Positions 1 through 13,938 of a stretch of DNA of 64,000 nucleotides are shown here, piece by piece. This stretch comes from Octopus sinensis (Eukaryota). The stretch spans positions 23,560,001-23,624,000 of the forward strand of contig NC_043020.1 in NCBI RefSeq assembly GCF_006345805.1, given 5' to 3'. The position numbers and the translations under genes are program-made. The notes under the pieces are model-generated. The model made no database searches. It was not told the origin of the DNA and saw nothing but the letters and a program-made list of their open reading frames with translations. Numbering within the stretch: position 1 is the stretch's first letter; every line of letters begins with the position of its first letter.

Positions 1-320
1 TCATTTACATTGTTTTCGTTTTTGCATTCGAAGCAATCTTTCGAATTCTGTTGTTTCTCGTATTTTCATACAAAGTGTACTTCTAAACTTTTAAGCCTGG
101 AGCTACGTCTGTATTTTAACATTTCGCATTGATATTTCTAGCTGGCATTTTGCATCTACTTAAAAGTACAAACATATTTAATCTTTGTATTTGGGCTGCA
201 ACGCGTTTTATGTATACGAAGTCAGATCAATGAGTATTCGGTTTGTTGCCATAGTAACGAAGCAGAGTGAAACCGCCTGGCACGGACTGATCTTAAACTC
301 TGCTGTGCATACGGAATCAG

Positions 321-656
321 ATTCCGCCGAGGTCGACTTTGCCGTCCATCCTTTCGGGGTCGATAAATTAAGTACCAGTTACGCTCTGGGGTCGATATAA
401 TCGACTTAATCCGTTTGTCTGTCCTTGTTTGTCCCCTCTGTGTTTAGCCCCTTGTGGGTAATAAAGAAATAGGTATTTCGTCTGTCGTTACGTTCTGAGT
501 TCAAATTCCGCCGAGGTCAACTTTGCCGTTCATCCTTTCGGGATCGATAAATTAAGTACCAGTTTCGCACGGGGTCGATATAATCGACTTAATCCGTTTG
601 TCTGTGCTTGTTTGTCCTCTCTGTGTTTAACCCCTTGTGGGTAATAAAGAAATAGG
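321..656 (+). mobile_element. tRNA-derived SINE family B, two head-to-tail partial units
   Basis: B-box-like GTTCAAATTCC followed by CCGAGGTCGACTTTGCC...CATCCTTTCGGGGTCGATAAA; same sequence recurs >15 times in the window. Confidence 0.85.
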
Positions 657-679
657 AATAAGATTTAACGTTCTAGGTC

Positions 680-900
680 ACTTCCGCTGTTTACAGCAGT
701 GCTTGGAAGGAAGGTTGTTGCGTGTGTTCGTCACATTCACCATGACAGAAAAAAGTTGCCATGGTGATGTCTGCTCAGAGACCTACGCAAAGCTGCAGAA
801 AGTGTGTGGAGAGGAGTGTATGAGCCGCACACAAGTGTACGAGTGGTTCAGACGTTTCCAAGATGGCTGAAAAATGTCGATAGAGTAGTCTTTCGTTAGA
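680..900 (+). mobile_element. Mariner-type transposase N-terminal (HTH) remnant
   Basis: Translation ETYAKLQKVCGEECMSRTQVYEWFRRFQDG* matches the mariner HTH pattern; stop follows. Confidence 0.75.
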
Positions 901-904
901 TCGT

Positions 905-1290
905 CTATGTGAGTTGCTTGCTTGTTAACACCAGGAATGGAATGTGAAACCTGCTAGAAATAGTAACTAAATCTTCCCGAAATCTTTTCTGTCTATATGC
1001 ATTTTGAAATGTATCAGCTGATCCCTGATAGACAGATCTGAGAATTTCAAGAGCAAGATAAGATCGCTTTAAACTTACCATTTTCTTTAACTGGATCTGT
1101 CAGAATATAACGGACACAGATCATCAAACTTTTCAGAGACTCATATTCATCCTCTAAGTAATCTGCTGAAAGTAATTGGTGGTAGTAAACGAGGGAGTTT
1201 TTCTTAAAGTAAGGGGCTTAGTCCAAATACTTGCAAGTAAGTGTATTCTACTTAAGGCATACAAAGACAAGGGGTTGCATTTAACGGGAT
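905..1290 (-). mobile_element. Degenerate hAT-like transposase remnant (frameshifted)
   Basis: Stitched frames give YLQVFGLSP/YFKKNSLVYYHQLLSADYLEDEYESLKSLMICVRYILTDP.../RSYLALEILRSVYQGSADTF...DLVTISS, resembling the hAT PYFK...DE...L.ICVRY...FL.L region around the first catalytic Asp. Confidence 0.5.
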
Positions 1291-1411
1291 GACGGACTAC
1301 ATTTACCATCAAAGCAATAACATTAAGAATCCCAGCTATGAGCTTCCAAACAGTTTCCGTATACCTAAGGCGATGATATTAAACACTCGCCACGAATTCC
1401 AATCAGTGAAA

Positions 1412-1699
1412 TCTTTATGTATAAAACTGAAGTTGTGTGAGAGTCTGTCTCCTCCGATTTAGATTCCTAACTACTCCCACATTTTGCGGTGCAGTTTAAC
1501 CAAAAGCGGGTATCTTATAGTCGTGATTCATATCGAGCCCTTCTGGGTATTAGCGCGCGTCTACGATGAGCCTACAATTTAGAAAAAAATTTACCATCAT
1601 TTTTTCAATGCATTTTTTGCTCGGTTTATATAACTCTCTAAAAATGCTTATATAGTTATTTCCCTTACAAACCCGAGCAACGCTGGGCGATACTGCTAG
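1412..1699 (+). mobile_element. Non-autonomous Helitron (288 bp)
   Basis: 5' A|TC start (ATCTTTATGTATAAAA), 3' GC-rich hairpin CCCGAGCAACGCTGGG then CTAG|T; inserted between A and T without TSD. Confidence 0.75.
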
Positions 1700-2402
1700 T
1701 TAAACATAAAAACGAAATAGTTGCAAAGCGGCCATCTTCACCACCTGACCAGGTTTATCGTACCAAGAGCATGAATAGTTTAACTTTTCGTTGATTCTTC
1801 ACTGAAATACAGCAACACGTCAAAGTTTGATGCTCATATCAAAAATAATCATCCGTTTGTTTAGCGAATGATCAGATAATGCCGTCGCGTTTTATGATTG
1901 CTAAAACCGAAGATATTTGATGAGACTTGTAGTGTTTTTTTCAATTTTATTAGAAAAAACGTACGAAAGACCAACATTCCGAAAAAAAATTCTCATGTAA
2001 TTATATCTAAACATTTTTTTTTTCTCTTCCATGTTCGCTTTCTTTTCTATAATCATTTCTTTTGCATTACGGTGTTACTTTTCTTTTAAGGTAAAATTGA
2101 AATTTTTCTTATTCTTCGAAGAACAGATGAGTTTGGCGCCGAAATAGTTTATTCGGTCTAATGTAATTGTGTGTAGGTATAATACACTTGATAGAAATAA
2201 CGTGTAGAGAATGTAATTATATTAGTTGACACTATAATAACAATATAAGATACATCTGTTCACCAAATACATATACAGAATATATACAACGAAGGCGAGT
2301 AAATAGAAAATTTGAAGGAGGTTAAGATTTTTCATGTAAAAGTTAAACAAACATATACTCTACACAAATATACGTCACACATACACACACACAAACACAC
2401 AC

Positions 2403-2441
<39 letters not shown>

Positions 2442-2702
2442 ATAATATAATATATTATGTATATATAATATTATATATATAAATGTATATGTATATGCAC
2501 ATATGTATATATATATATATATATAATATGTTATATATGTGTGTATGTATATATACATATATATATACATACAAGCACACAAATACATATACATATATGT
2601 ACATTTTTATATATTTATATATGTGCATGCTATATATATATATATATATGAACATATACACACAAACACATATATATATAAATGTATATGTATATGCACA
2701 TA

Positions 2703-2735
<33 letters not shown>

Positions 2736-3422
2736 TATATATATATATATATATATATTTATATACATATATATATATGCATATATATATATGTATATAT
2801 AGATATATATACATATACATATATACATATATACATATATACACATGCGCAGACACACATACCAACACACTTATGTATATTTATATTACTACAATCTAAA
2901 CATATCATGAAAAGAATCGATAAAAATACTCATGTCCATAAAAATCTAAGTCACTCAAGGATATCTATAATATTATAATTATCAACATACAGAAAGGAAA
3001 GCACTTACTAAACTTTTTGCAGTTTTTGAATAACTGTGCTCGTATTAAAAAAAATTGATATATCTAAGGATCTAAGGTGGTGTGGGGGATGCCATGAATA
3101 CACTTTTCGATAAGCCATAAAACATCAATAAACAATTTTTACTTTCTACGTAGAGAGAGTTACAAGATTATAGGGTTGAATATTATCTAAGCAAACCCGT
3201 TGATATTTCCACAGAATATATATTTTATATAAAATTTACGTACAACGAGTTATACGTAGAAAAAAATGTAATTTGAAAAAAAACATCATTTGATCAGAAA
3301 TCAGAAAATGTAAATTGACAATTTTCATCCAATCAGATTTATTTCATTTTATTTATTTATTATTTTTTTTTAATAATATTTTGTAGTAGAAATGTTTTCG
3401 CAGTTTTCTCAAGGTTACACCA

Positions 3423-3661
3423 ACTCTTTACTCTTCCGCTCTTCTACTTTTTTCTGTCATTTGACGGCGGCCATACTGGAGCACTACCTTTAGTCCTGAA
3501 ATCCACCCCAGATCTTATTCTTTGTAAGCCTAGTACTTATTCTATCGGCCTCCTTTGCCGAACCGTTAAGTTACGGGGACGTAAACACACCAACATCAGT
3601 TGTCAAGCGATGCTGGGGGACAAACACAGACACAAAGACACCACACACAATATATATATAT

Positions 3662-3705
<44 letters not shown>

Positions 3706-3735
3706 TATGTATGTATATATATATATATGTATATA

Positions 3736-3809
<74 letters not shown>

Positions 3810-3975
3810 AATACATACGACTGGCTTCTTTCAGTTCCCGTCTACCAATTCCACCCACAAGGCTTTGGTCGGCACGAGGCTATAGTAGAAGACACGTGAC
3901 CCAGGTGCCACGCAGTGGGACTGAACCTGGAACCATCTGATAGAGAAGTAAGCTTCTTACCACATAGCCACGCCT
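3423..3975 (-). mobile_element. tRNA-derived SINE family A (CORE-like, internal (TA)n)
   Basis: tRNA-like head GTGGCTATGTGGTAAG...GGTTCAGTCCC, CORE-like CCTTGGGCAAGTG segment, central TA repeat; many copies in window; resembles described octopus CORE-type SINEs (name not verified). Confidence 0.85.
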
Positions 3976-4162
3976 TCGTAATATTATTTTGTTGTTTTGT
4001 TTTTTCTAGGAACAGTCATCTGATTGTGGACCTACTGCGGACTCCACTCCAGTACTCTTGTTTATTACTTAATTTCATAGATCTTGGAAGAAGACGGACA
4101 AAATTGCATGGGCGCAAAATGGTCAAAGAAGAGGACGGTGAGCTGGAAGAAGCGTTACTGCG

Positions 4163-4490
4163 TTGAGCTGGCAGCGGTATTTCGTCTGCCGTTACGTTCT
4201 GAGTTCAAATTCCGCCGAAGTCGGCTTTGCCTTTCATCCTTTCGGGGTCCATAAATTAAGTACCTGTTACGCACTGGGTCAATGTAATCGACTTAATCCC
4301 TTTGTCTATCTCTGTTTGTCCCCTCTACGTTTAGCCCCTTGTGGGCAATAAAGAAATAAGAAGCGTTACCACGTTGGACAAAATGCTGAGCGGTATTTCT
4401 CCCGTCTATACGTTCTGTGTTCAAATTCCGCCGGGGTGAATTTTGCTTTTCATCCGTTGGAGGTCGATAAAATAAGTACCAGTTGAACAC
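4163..4490 (+). mobile_element. SINE family B, two tandem units
   Basis: Same consensus as 321-656. Confidence 0.85.
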
Positions 4491-5654
4491 TTATGTTAAT
4501 GTAATGGATTTTCCCTTGCCTCCAAATTGCCGGCCTTGTGCCAAAATTTGAAGCCAGTATTATGAATAAAGATTCCATTAGTTGTGCTTCTGTGACCATT
4601 CGGTCAATCAATCAAAGCCCTTTCGCTGCCACTCACCATCTCATCAATGACATATCTTCCTAAGAAGACAGAGCCGAAGTAGAACTGAACTAGAGAGGTT
4701 ATTTAATTAATGAGATTCAGAATGAATGACATCGAAAGCAATTAGACAAACCTCGCTGGTTGATTGATTGACTGAAAGATTAATAAAATAACTGATTAGT
4801 TAGCTAGTTAAATGCTTACGAATTGGTTAATATTAATAAAGAATGGACCTAGAAACAGTACGCGTGTTTATTGTTGGCACGATGTGTCCCCTACCCGAGT
4901 CACAACAAAATATGCTTCAGCGCTCAAGTTTATATCAAGAATCCTGCAAACCAAACACACGAACGAAAGATTCCCGTTAACCACACATTAAAGATCTCGA
5001 CTGTAAGCTGGCACTAGAACGCACGCCGTTGAAATAACAAAAGAATCGCGTGATACTGATTGTATTAAACCGGATGGATAATTGCTAATCAACGATATCC
5101 ATATAGTTAAGAATATAAATTGAGTTTGATTGTTTCTTTAAGATTCTGATAATAACTTGTGAAGAGAATATTAAAGAATTCATCTTAAGCTATTTCTATC
5201 TCAAACTGGTCATATAATACCTAAACGCTACATTCACGTTGAGACTCTTAAGAGTAAATTCATTCATAATTTAATTTAGGCAATTATTTCTTATCGTAAA
5301 TTCGGAAACTGGGTAAAATAGATTAATGCCTTGGCTACTAGTTTATATAATGTGTAGTAATTATAACGAAAAACGCGTGGCATAAGTGGTTAGGGTGTTG
5401 CACACATGATCGCAAGAGCACCGTTTCGATTCCTGGGTATATTTCGATTCACGGTGGTTTATTGCATTGAATTGCATTGCTGAACTTCGTTCCATGTCTT
5501 GTGTGATCACCTCCTTTCATTCCGTGTTTCTTCGATCACATTTGATAAAAAACACAAATGGCTATCTGTGCAGGCTTTTCAGTAACCGCAAAGGTGTTTG
5601 TTCGGAACTCGCGGAACCCTACTCCGTTATCAACGACAAGAAGGCCCAAAGTGC

Positions 5655-5697
<43 letters not shown>

Positions 5698-6839
5698 CAC
5701 ACATACATATATATATATGAATCTCCTATAAGTCTGATGCTTTAATGTGCCATTTATACTTACGAAGAACGAGAAGAAATCTCGCGAAACAGAGTTTATT
5801 TTAACGAGATGCCTCTTGAAATCACCTGAGGAAACACATCTACACCTACGGATGCACCTAAACCAGATGTTCAGTACCCCACTCGCGAAATTATCGATGC
5901 GAGATGTGTCGAAATAATTGTAGTGCTCAATAAAAATTCTCATATCTTCCATCTTCCATCTCCCTTTTTAATCAAATAACCAACGAACACTGAATCAGGT
6001 GTATATCATACGATTTCCTAACCAATAATGATAACACACACACGTGTGTGTGTTTCTGTGCGTGTGTGTATGTGTGTGTGTATATGTGTGTACAGAGAGT
6101 TAGGTATAATTAGTATATCAACATACTATTATCAGTAGTTTTAAGAGGGAATCAAACATGCAAGTCCCTAGTTTCGATTCCGGGATCGGATGATGCTCTG
6201 TGTTCTGGGACAAAGCATTTCTTTTCACGTTACTCTGCGACCACTTGGACACCCTGTAACGGTACAGACAATGCGTATTTGAGGTGGTGTCTGAAATATA
6301 ATGTGTGGCATATGTACTTTTGATAACCTTAAACAAATCAACTGCGCAGCAAGAATTTACAGAAAACTGAGATTGTAATATTAGACGTCACTGAGATGCA
6401 ACACCTCGGTGACATTTAATATTACAAAAATCTTTTGTAAATCTTCAGTATGAAGGAAAGTGTTATTGTTTCTTATATTCTGTCCATTTTTTGTTCTCTA
6501 TACCTGCTACTCACTTCTCGAAGCTCTTCCAGCTTTCCACTCTTGGATCCGAAGATCGCGTCCTTTCGTTTGCCTCTCTTTCACCTTCCTGTTTCTCTCT
6601 ATTTCTCTCTGTCGTTCTCTCTTTTCTTCTCTCTTTCTTTCTCTCTCTCTCTCTCTCCCTCTCTCTCTCTCTCTCTGTCTTTCTCTCCTTTCCTCTCTTT
6701 TGTTCTCTAGTCCGTCTGATTCTTATTTCTTTACTGCCCACAAGGGGCTACACACAGAGGGGACAAACAAGGACAGACAAACATTAAGTCGATTAATATT
6801 TTGCGTTATCATCCATCCAACTACCCTGCCAATCATTCC

Positions 6840-7215
6840 TAGCATGCTCGCCACGGTAGATTCTTCAGGCACCTCTTATTTAGGGTCCTATCAGAAGCAA
6901 CCGTCATTACACTTTCCAGGTGGATACCCAAGCGTAGCCAAGTAAGACTAAGGATATTTTTCCACCATCCTGATTTTGGTTTACTCCCAAAGTCTCCTGC
7001 CACTTGGCTACTTTCGAAGAATTCACCTTGCGATTCTTTCCTGCGACGCTCTAATCACATCTCCTTAGTATTGTAGCTTCAATACGGATAAGTTTCGGCT
7101 CGACTTGGAGAGACTCCCTAATCTCCGAACCGCGCACCCTGTCGAGCAACATTGCTCCAGAAACTCATCTGAGTATCCCACTTGTACTCTTTCCGTCATC
7201 ACCCAACATTACGGA
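6840..7215 (-). mobile_element. RTE-clade LINE 3' RT remnant with stops
   Basis: Translation GILR*VSGAMLLDRVRGSEIRESLQVEPKLIRIEATILR resembles the RTE C-terminal DRVRSSEIR..L.VEPLLL.IE..QLRW motif. Confidence 0.6.
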
Positions 7216-8292
7216 CCATAAGTAAAGATGGACATGGAAACTGAATTCAAGATAATGAGTTTGAATTTCCATCCCCACTTCCCCGGTTTTCTCCTCTTCT
7301 AACGATCGAAAGCTTCACTGCATTTATTGATTTATATATTTATTTATTTATTTATTTAACTATGTATTTATTCAATCATTTATGCGTTTGTTTATTTATT
7401 TTTTTGTTTATTTAATTATATATTTATTGGCAGAGGAGAGTTCGCCGTCATACTTGACGGACAAACTATCTTGTGAATGTTGTGAGTAAAGAGAGACAAA
7501 GTGAGCGTCGACGAATGGTGAGAGAGGCAGAGTGAGAGTGAGAGAAAGAGAGAGAGAGATGGAGTGAGAGAAAGACAGAGAGAGAGAGAGACAGACTGAC
7601 AGACAGGCAGACAAACAGACAGACAGAAATATACGAAAAGAGACAGAGTAGAGTACATCTGATACTTCTACGTCTGCGCTGCTGAAATAGATAAATATAC
7701 AAAAGATTGAGAAGTGATTGTGTTTTGACACACGTTTGACATCTGAAAGAAGTATTATTGATTTAGAAAATATAAGTTGGAATATTAAGTTCTCACTGCT
7801 TAATTTATATATTTATTTATTTAATAACGTATTTATTTATTTATTTCTATTAAATATATGTTGTGTGAACTAAAATAAATCGTCGATAGAAATGAACACA
7901 GCAGCTTCTCCTTCGCAAAGATCAATAGAATAATTCATAAAAAAAAGGTAAATAAAGAACCGAAAATAAGCTTTTCAATGGTAAATTATATTTATCTATG
8001 TATGTAGCATAATTTTCAACCAGATTAAAATAAATATACGTTATCTATAATGTTTAGTTACTTGATAATATTTCATATTATATATTGCATCGTGCATTCT
8101 TTTATTCTATTATTCTTTTATTTGTTTCAGTCCATACTGCAGCACTGCCTTTAGTCGAAAAACATCCCCCCCCCCGTGACATATTCTTTGTAACCTTAGT
8201 ACTTATTCTATCGGTCTCTTTTGCCGAACTACTAAGGTACCGGGACGTAAACACATCAACAGTTGTCAAGCGATGTTTGGAGGGGGGGACAA

Positions 8293-8331
<39 letters not shown>

Positions 8332-8740
8332 AGAGGTAATGGCGTCATTGAGACCCAAAGGTGTCAGGTAATGCTGAATAAGTGCTATAGACAGACCATA
8401 GTTAAGCTCCAGGTTCGGTGATTTTGTGAATAAGGAGTCTAACTTAGGTCATATACCAGCGTGTGTATATAAATTTTTTTTGCATAATGAGATAAAAAAA
8501 ACAAGGCAGTGTAGATATTAGAGCATTTATAAATAGGTCTTACTTGCAATGAAAGATTTTAAATACTGTTGGATTTTTCTCATAAGGTATTGGAATCTTA
8601 CATATATACCATTCTGCCTAAAAAAATGAATCTACAAATTCAATATCCTTACATATCTCACATCTATTTTCTTTCCTCCAACTCACTCTCTATTTTGTAT
8701 CCTATCTAAATTAACTATTACTTAACCATCCTCTCACACC

Positions 8741-8792
8741 GTCTCCGATGAAGGGATATAATTAATAAATACCCTGGAAACAGCTGTAAGAC
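8741..8792 (+). ncRNA. Type I hammerhead-like motif, U4C variant (CCGAUGA)
   Basis: GTCT-CCGATGA-AGGG..CCCT-G-GAAAC-AGCT-GTA-AGAC: stem I GTCT/AGAC, palindromic stem III ACAGCTGT, GUA triplet. Confidence 0.6.
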
Positions 8793-8978
8793 CTTCTATA
8801 TTTAAATGTTCTAAAATCTACACTGCCTTGGTTTTCTTATCTCATTACGCAAAAATTCTTATATATATATATATATCAATAATAACAAAGGGTGAAATTA
8901 ATTAATTAAGAAGTAATCAGTAATTTCACCAAGTAGAATTCGGCATGTAAAAGACCAATTCATGGTAAGTTTAAGTAA

Positions 8979-9285
<307 letters not shown>

Positions 9286-9297
9286 TATATATATATA

Positions 9298-9349
<52 letters not shown>

Positions 9350-9516
9350 GACAGGCTTCTTTCTGTTTCCGTCTACCAAATCTACTCACAAGGCTTTGGT
9401 CGTCCTATAGTAGAAGATACTTGTCACGCATTTATAAAAAGTACAATTTAAAATATTGTATTTACATGTTTTCCCTGGATCACTATCTTTCTATTTCTCC
9501 TTCTTCTCTTTCTCAC

Positions 9517-9561
<45 letters not shown>

Positions 9562-10080
9562 ATCTATATCTCTTGATGGAAGGAGGCTAATTGTCTCGAC
9601 CTTTTGTCCTGCCATTTTGTGGATTCATCCATTATTAACATGAGCGTTTAATGAATGAATTAAGGCTTAGTGTTTCGTCTCTGTAATTTTATTGTTTACT
9701 GTCTTTGACCTGGTGCCAACCTTCATCGCTCTCCTCGGCCATTGGATGACAGCCATGTCGACTTCTCGACATTCGAATGTTTTTATACGATAATATAAGA
9801 CCTCTAAATGTTTTTTGCCAGCCTAGAGTTAAGATGGTTTCAAAGCTTGGCAAATAAACCGAATACTAAATTAGCTAAGCTACTTAAGTTTTAAATCAAA
9901 TAGGTAATGTGTGTGTGTTTGTGTATGTATGTGTGTGTGTGTGTGTGCGTGCATAATTTTACGTAGGTATGTGTGTGCCTGTCTGCATGTGTTTTATGTG
10001 TTGTATACGTAGCCATACCGTGTGCGATATTTATGCTTGTATGCATGAACACACACTTATATGCGTGTATATATGTGTGT

Positions 10081-10139
<59 letters not shown>

Positions 10140-10284
10140 TCGTGTTTATATATTTAATCTTTCTAGCGTGATAAATCCCATGAGTGGATTCCATTTATAT
10201 GTTTAAATGTGAACTGTATTTTATATATATATTTGTGTGTATGTTTGGCCTTTTATTAATATTATTATTATTATTATCATTATT

Positions 10285-10864
10285 GAGTGAGAGAACAGTT
10301 CATGCCATCAAAGTGACACTGGGGTAAAATATACGAAGCCCAATATACCCATCATGACTACCTGTCTGATAAGGGTACACCAGGCACATGCATCACAACC
10401 ATATGTGCGGGACATGGTGATCTCATAAAAAGATAAACAGCACATGACCTTGCAGGTGGGGCCCAGTTAGAATTTTCTTCAGGTTGAGTAGCCCATCCCG
10501 CTCAAAAGGTCCCTGAATAAGGGTTGTTTAAGGATGTTGAAAGAACCACCCATGTTTCCAAAGGTGAATTATTCAAACCCCAAAGAATCCCTCTCAACAC
10601 ATGGCTACGATGCTCCCCCACTACTTCTGCCCGTGATCAGAGATGCACATATCGTCAGCCACTAAGGGACATGCTCAACTGGTTAAGATCAAACAACTGA
10701 CAAGCAAATCTGTGGTATTGAGTAGAATATTTGCTGTAGCCCATCTTTTATAACAAGACAAATCAATGTACATAATAACACTTCCAATCAGTCAGTTAAG
10801 ATCAGAAGCCATGAGAGCCACTGCCTGGTACTGCATCAGGGCATTGCCTGGTACTGCATCAGGG

Positions 10865-10866
<2 letters not shown>
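10285..10866 (+). mobile_element. Family C about 550-bp non-coding interspersed element in (ATT)n
   Basis: Homologous to four copies at 28584-31230; flanked on both sides by ATT repeats; terminal 23-mer TGCCTGGTACTGCATCAGGGCAT tandemly duplicated. Confidence 0.85.
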
Positions 10867-10921
<55 letters not shown>

Positions 10922-10936
10922 TACTACTACTACTAT

Positions 10937-10980
<44 letters not shown>

Positions 10981-10981
10981 A

Positions 10982-11022
<41 letters not shown>

Positions 11023-11078
11023 TTATTATTATTATTATTATCATTATTATTATCATTATTATTACTATTGTTATAATT
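10866..11078. repeat. Compound (TAT)n/(TAC)n microsatellite
   Basis: Direct reading. Confidence 0.95.
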
Positions 11079-12243
11079 ATTCACAGCGAAATACACAGGA
11101 CTGGTTTTCAAACGCTCCAGTTTGGTGCAGCTTAAAAATTTATTGACACCGAAACTTCAGATTTTCAATAGTAGATTGACGGATAAAGTAGTCGTAATAG
11201 TTTCATAGAATTGGTATACTCGTAGAGAAAATGGTGCGAATATATAATGAGAGTTAGTAGAGCAGATGACAAAATATCTTGTAGAATATTTTTATGCGTC
11301 TTTAAATCCTGATTTCAATCTCAAACGAGAAATCAGCATTGCGTATCGTTGTTCCAGTATCGATAAAATAATAAAACAAGCACCAATTGCGAAAGATAGA
11401 TTACAAAAAAATAAAATGAACCACTTATCCATCATTAAACACTGAATGGCATAATTTCCCATATAACAGAAAACATCTACATTTTATCAAATCCGTTTCA
11501 GTTAATGGCCATCTATTTCGATCGAACATTTACGACTACAACTACATAGATTTGAAAAATAAATGTACTTTTCCTTTATCGTTTTCCCTTTTTCCTTTTG
11601 ACTTAACTTTAAATTATTAGAGAAATAAATGTCCTCCGTTTAACTCCGGTTACCTCCGTTTAACTCTCAAACGATGTAATTATTCAAAACAGAAAATAAA
11701 AATTGCTACTCTTACCCGAAACGTCATTGCCTACTTTAACTAATATATGCTGTCAAACGATATATTATCTTTATAATAAGACATAAAACCACACGTGAAA
11801 TGAACCATTTGAGGGGAGAATTATGCCTGGAGGGGGTGATTTATCTCTGCTAGCAATGTATTTTTCTACTAGAATAAATGGGTTTCTTATGCTTATATAA
11901 CCTGCATTTACCAGTAAACTACACACAACTCAACGCATTCACACGAACACATACTTAACAAGTATTCACACATACTTAACATGTAGTCTCTTATGTACAT
12001 ATGAAGTTACGTACGCCGGAAAACACACGCATACACAAGACTTTTACCATTTAACATTAATAAATACATAAGCATAAAAAATACAGAATGCTTCCAAAAA
12101 GGCAAAATGTTACTGGTGTAAATTAACAGCCAACAAATATTTATACATATATTTTTCTCTAAACACCCACGCACGCAAGTGTGTATCTATAAGGACGCGC
12201 AAACATACATATATGTATCAGTATATATGTGTGTTTGTGTATA

Positions 12244-12300
<57 letters not shown>

Positions 12301-12304
<4 letters not shown>

Positions 12305-12655
12305 GGAATTCTGAGCTGAAGAAAGAAATGTCGAATTGACTAATCTAGAAACGTACGTTCTCAAATAACCTTTGCACTTGATTTTTTAATGTTTTTTTCC
12401 CCCATACTTTTGTGAGTTAGTTTAGGCAAACACTATCGGAGAGAGATCTTCTTTAAGTATTAGAAATAGCTGAAGAAATTTCTTTAGCTGCTATTTCTAA
12501 TGAGTTCAGTATGTGGCAAAGTAATTTATTTTACTAAGCCCTTATATATAATGTAATATTTTGAATTCGCCTATAATGGTCCCTTTACATACTGAATACT
12601 TGGTGAAATTGATTAATAATTAATTAATTTTACCCTCAATTGTTGAAATTATATT
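12301..12655 (+). mobile_element. Diverged inverted partial copy of the 541-bp array monomer (PLE-like terminal repeat)
   Basis: Reverse complement matches the array monomer across its junction; bounded by (TA)n. Confidence 0.85.
12312..12363 (+). ncRNA. Type I hammerhead ribozyme motif
   Basis: TGAG-CTGAAGA-[A AGA AAT GTC GAATT GAC TAA TCT A]-GAAAC-GTAC-GTT-CTCA: stem I TGAG/CTCA, palindromic stem III ACGTACGT, GUU triplet. Confidence 0.8.
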
Positions 12656-12677
12656 ATATATATATAATATTAATATA

Positions 12678-12712
<35 letters not shown>

Positions 12713-12759
12713 CATACATATACATATATACATATATATACATATATGTATATATAGTT

Positions 12760-12960
12760 AATCCAAACAAGAAAACACAGAAAAAAAGAGAAAAAAAAGA
12801 GAAAAAACACAGCAACGCAGGACGTGGAACAATTAAAGTATTATTGACGCTCAGGAAAGAAGGGAAGGAGGGTTTAACGTTTCGAGCGGAGCTCTTCGTC
12901 GGAAACAAGGAGAAGGAAAGATCCCAAGGAGAGAAGACAGAGGAGAAAATATATGAGCTG
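12760..12960 (-). mobile_element. PLE-like terminal fragment family E with minimal HHR (12872-12906)
   Basis: Minus strand GTTT-CCGACGA-A-GAGC-TCC-GCTC-GAAAC-GTT-AAAC; homolog at 48145-48310. Confidence 0.7.
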
Positions 12961-13048
12961 GTGGTGCTTAAGAGATCACATGTTGATGTATATATATATA
13001 TATAATATATACAAATATATATACATATATATATATATACATATATAT

Positions 13049-13159
<111 letters not shown>

Positions 13160-13342
13160 AAAGGGCTTAGTAAAATAAATTACTTTGCCGCATACTGAAC
13201 TCATTAGAAATAGCAGCTAAAAAACTTTTTTAAAGCTATTTCTAATACTTAAAGAAAATCTCTCTCATATATAGTGTTTGCTTAATTCAACTCACAAAAG
13301 TTTGGGGGTAAGGACATCGAAAAATCAAATGCTAAGGTTATT

Positions 13343-13394
13343 TGAGAACGTACGTTTCAAGATTAGTCAAAACAAAACTTCTATCATCAGCTCA
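13343..13394 (-). ncRNA. Type I hammerhead ribozyme, array monomer 1
   Basis: Minus strand TGAG-CTGATGA-TAGAAGT..ACTAATCTT-GAAAC-GTAC-GTT-CTCA. Confidence 0.8.
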
Positions 13395-13886
13395 GAAATT
13401 CCTTGGTTTGGATTTGGAAACACTGAAAATAAGAACATACCCTTTCGAAGATCTGCTCGTAACTAACAGTGCCAACAAATTCAAATAAGCAAGCGAAGAA
13501 TCTCTGTTTCCCCCCTTTTCCACAGCGTGGGTTAAAATCATCAAACACTATGCTTATTTCGGTAAAATCCGAAGCATTAATCAGAGGGAGATTAATTATA
13601 ATTTCAACAATTGAGGGCAAAATTAATTATTATTAATCAATTTCACCAAGTGTTCAGTATGCAAAGGGACCATTCAAGGCGAATTCAAATTATTACATTA
13701 TATAAAAGGGCTTAGTAAAATAAATTACTTTGCCGCATACTGAACTCATTAAAAATAGCAGCTAAAAAACTTTTTTAAAGCTATTTCTAATACTTAAAGA
13801 AAATCTCTCTCATATATAGTGTTTGCTTAATTCAACTCACAAAAGTTTGGGGGTAAGGACATCGAAAAATCAAATGCTAAGGTATT

Positions 13887-13938
13887 TGAGAACGTACGTT
13901 TCAAGATTAGTCAAAACAACACTTCTATCATCAGCTCA
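13887..13938 (-). ncRNA. Type I hammerhead ribozyme, array monomer 2
   Basis: Same intact core and stems as monomer 1. Confidence 0.8.

Noticed and set aside
2343-2978. Many ORFs rich in YI/CV/HT/LS dipeptides here and throughout the track
   Set aside because: Translations of (TA)n, (CA)n, (TAGA)n and (CT)n microsatellites
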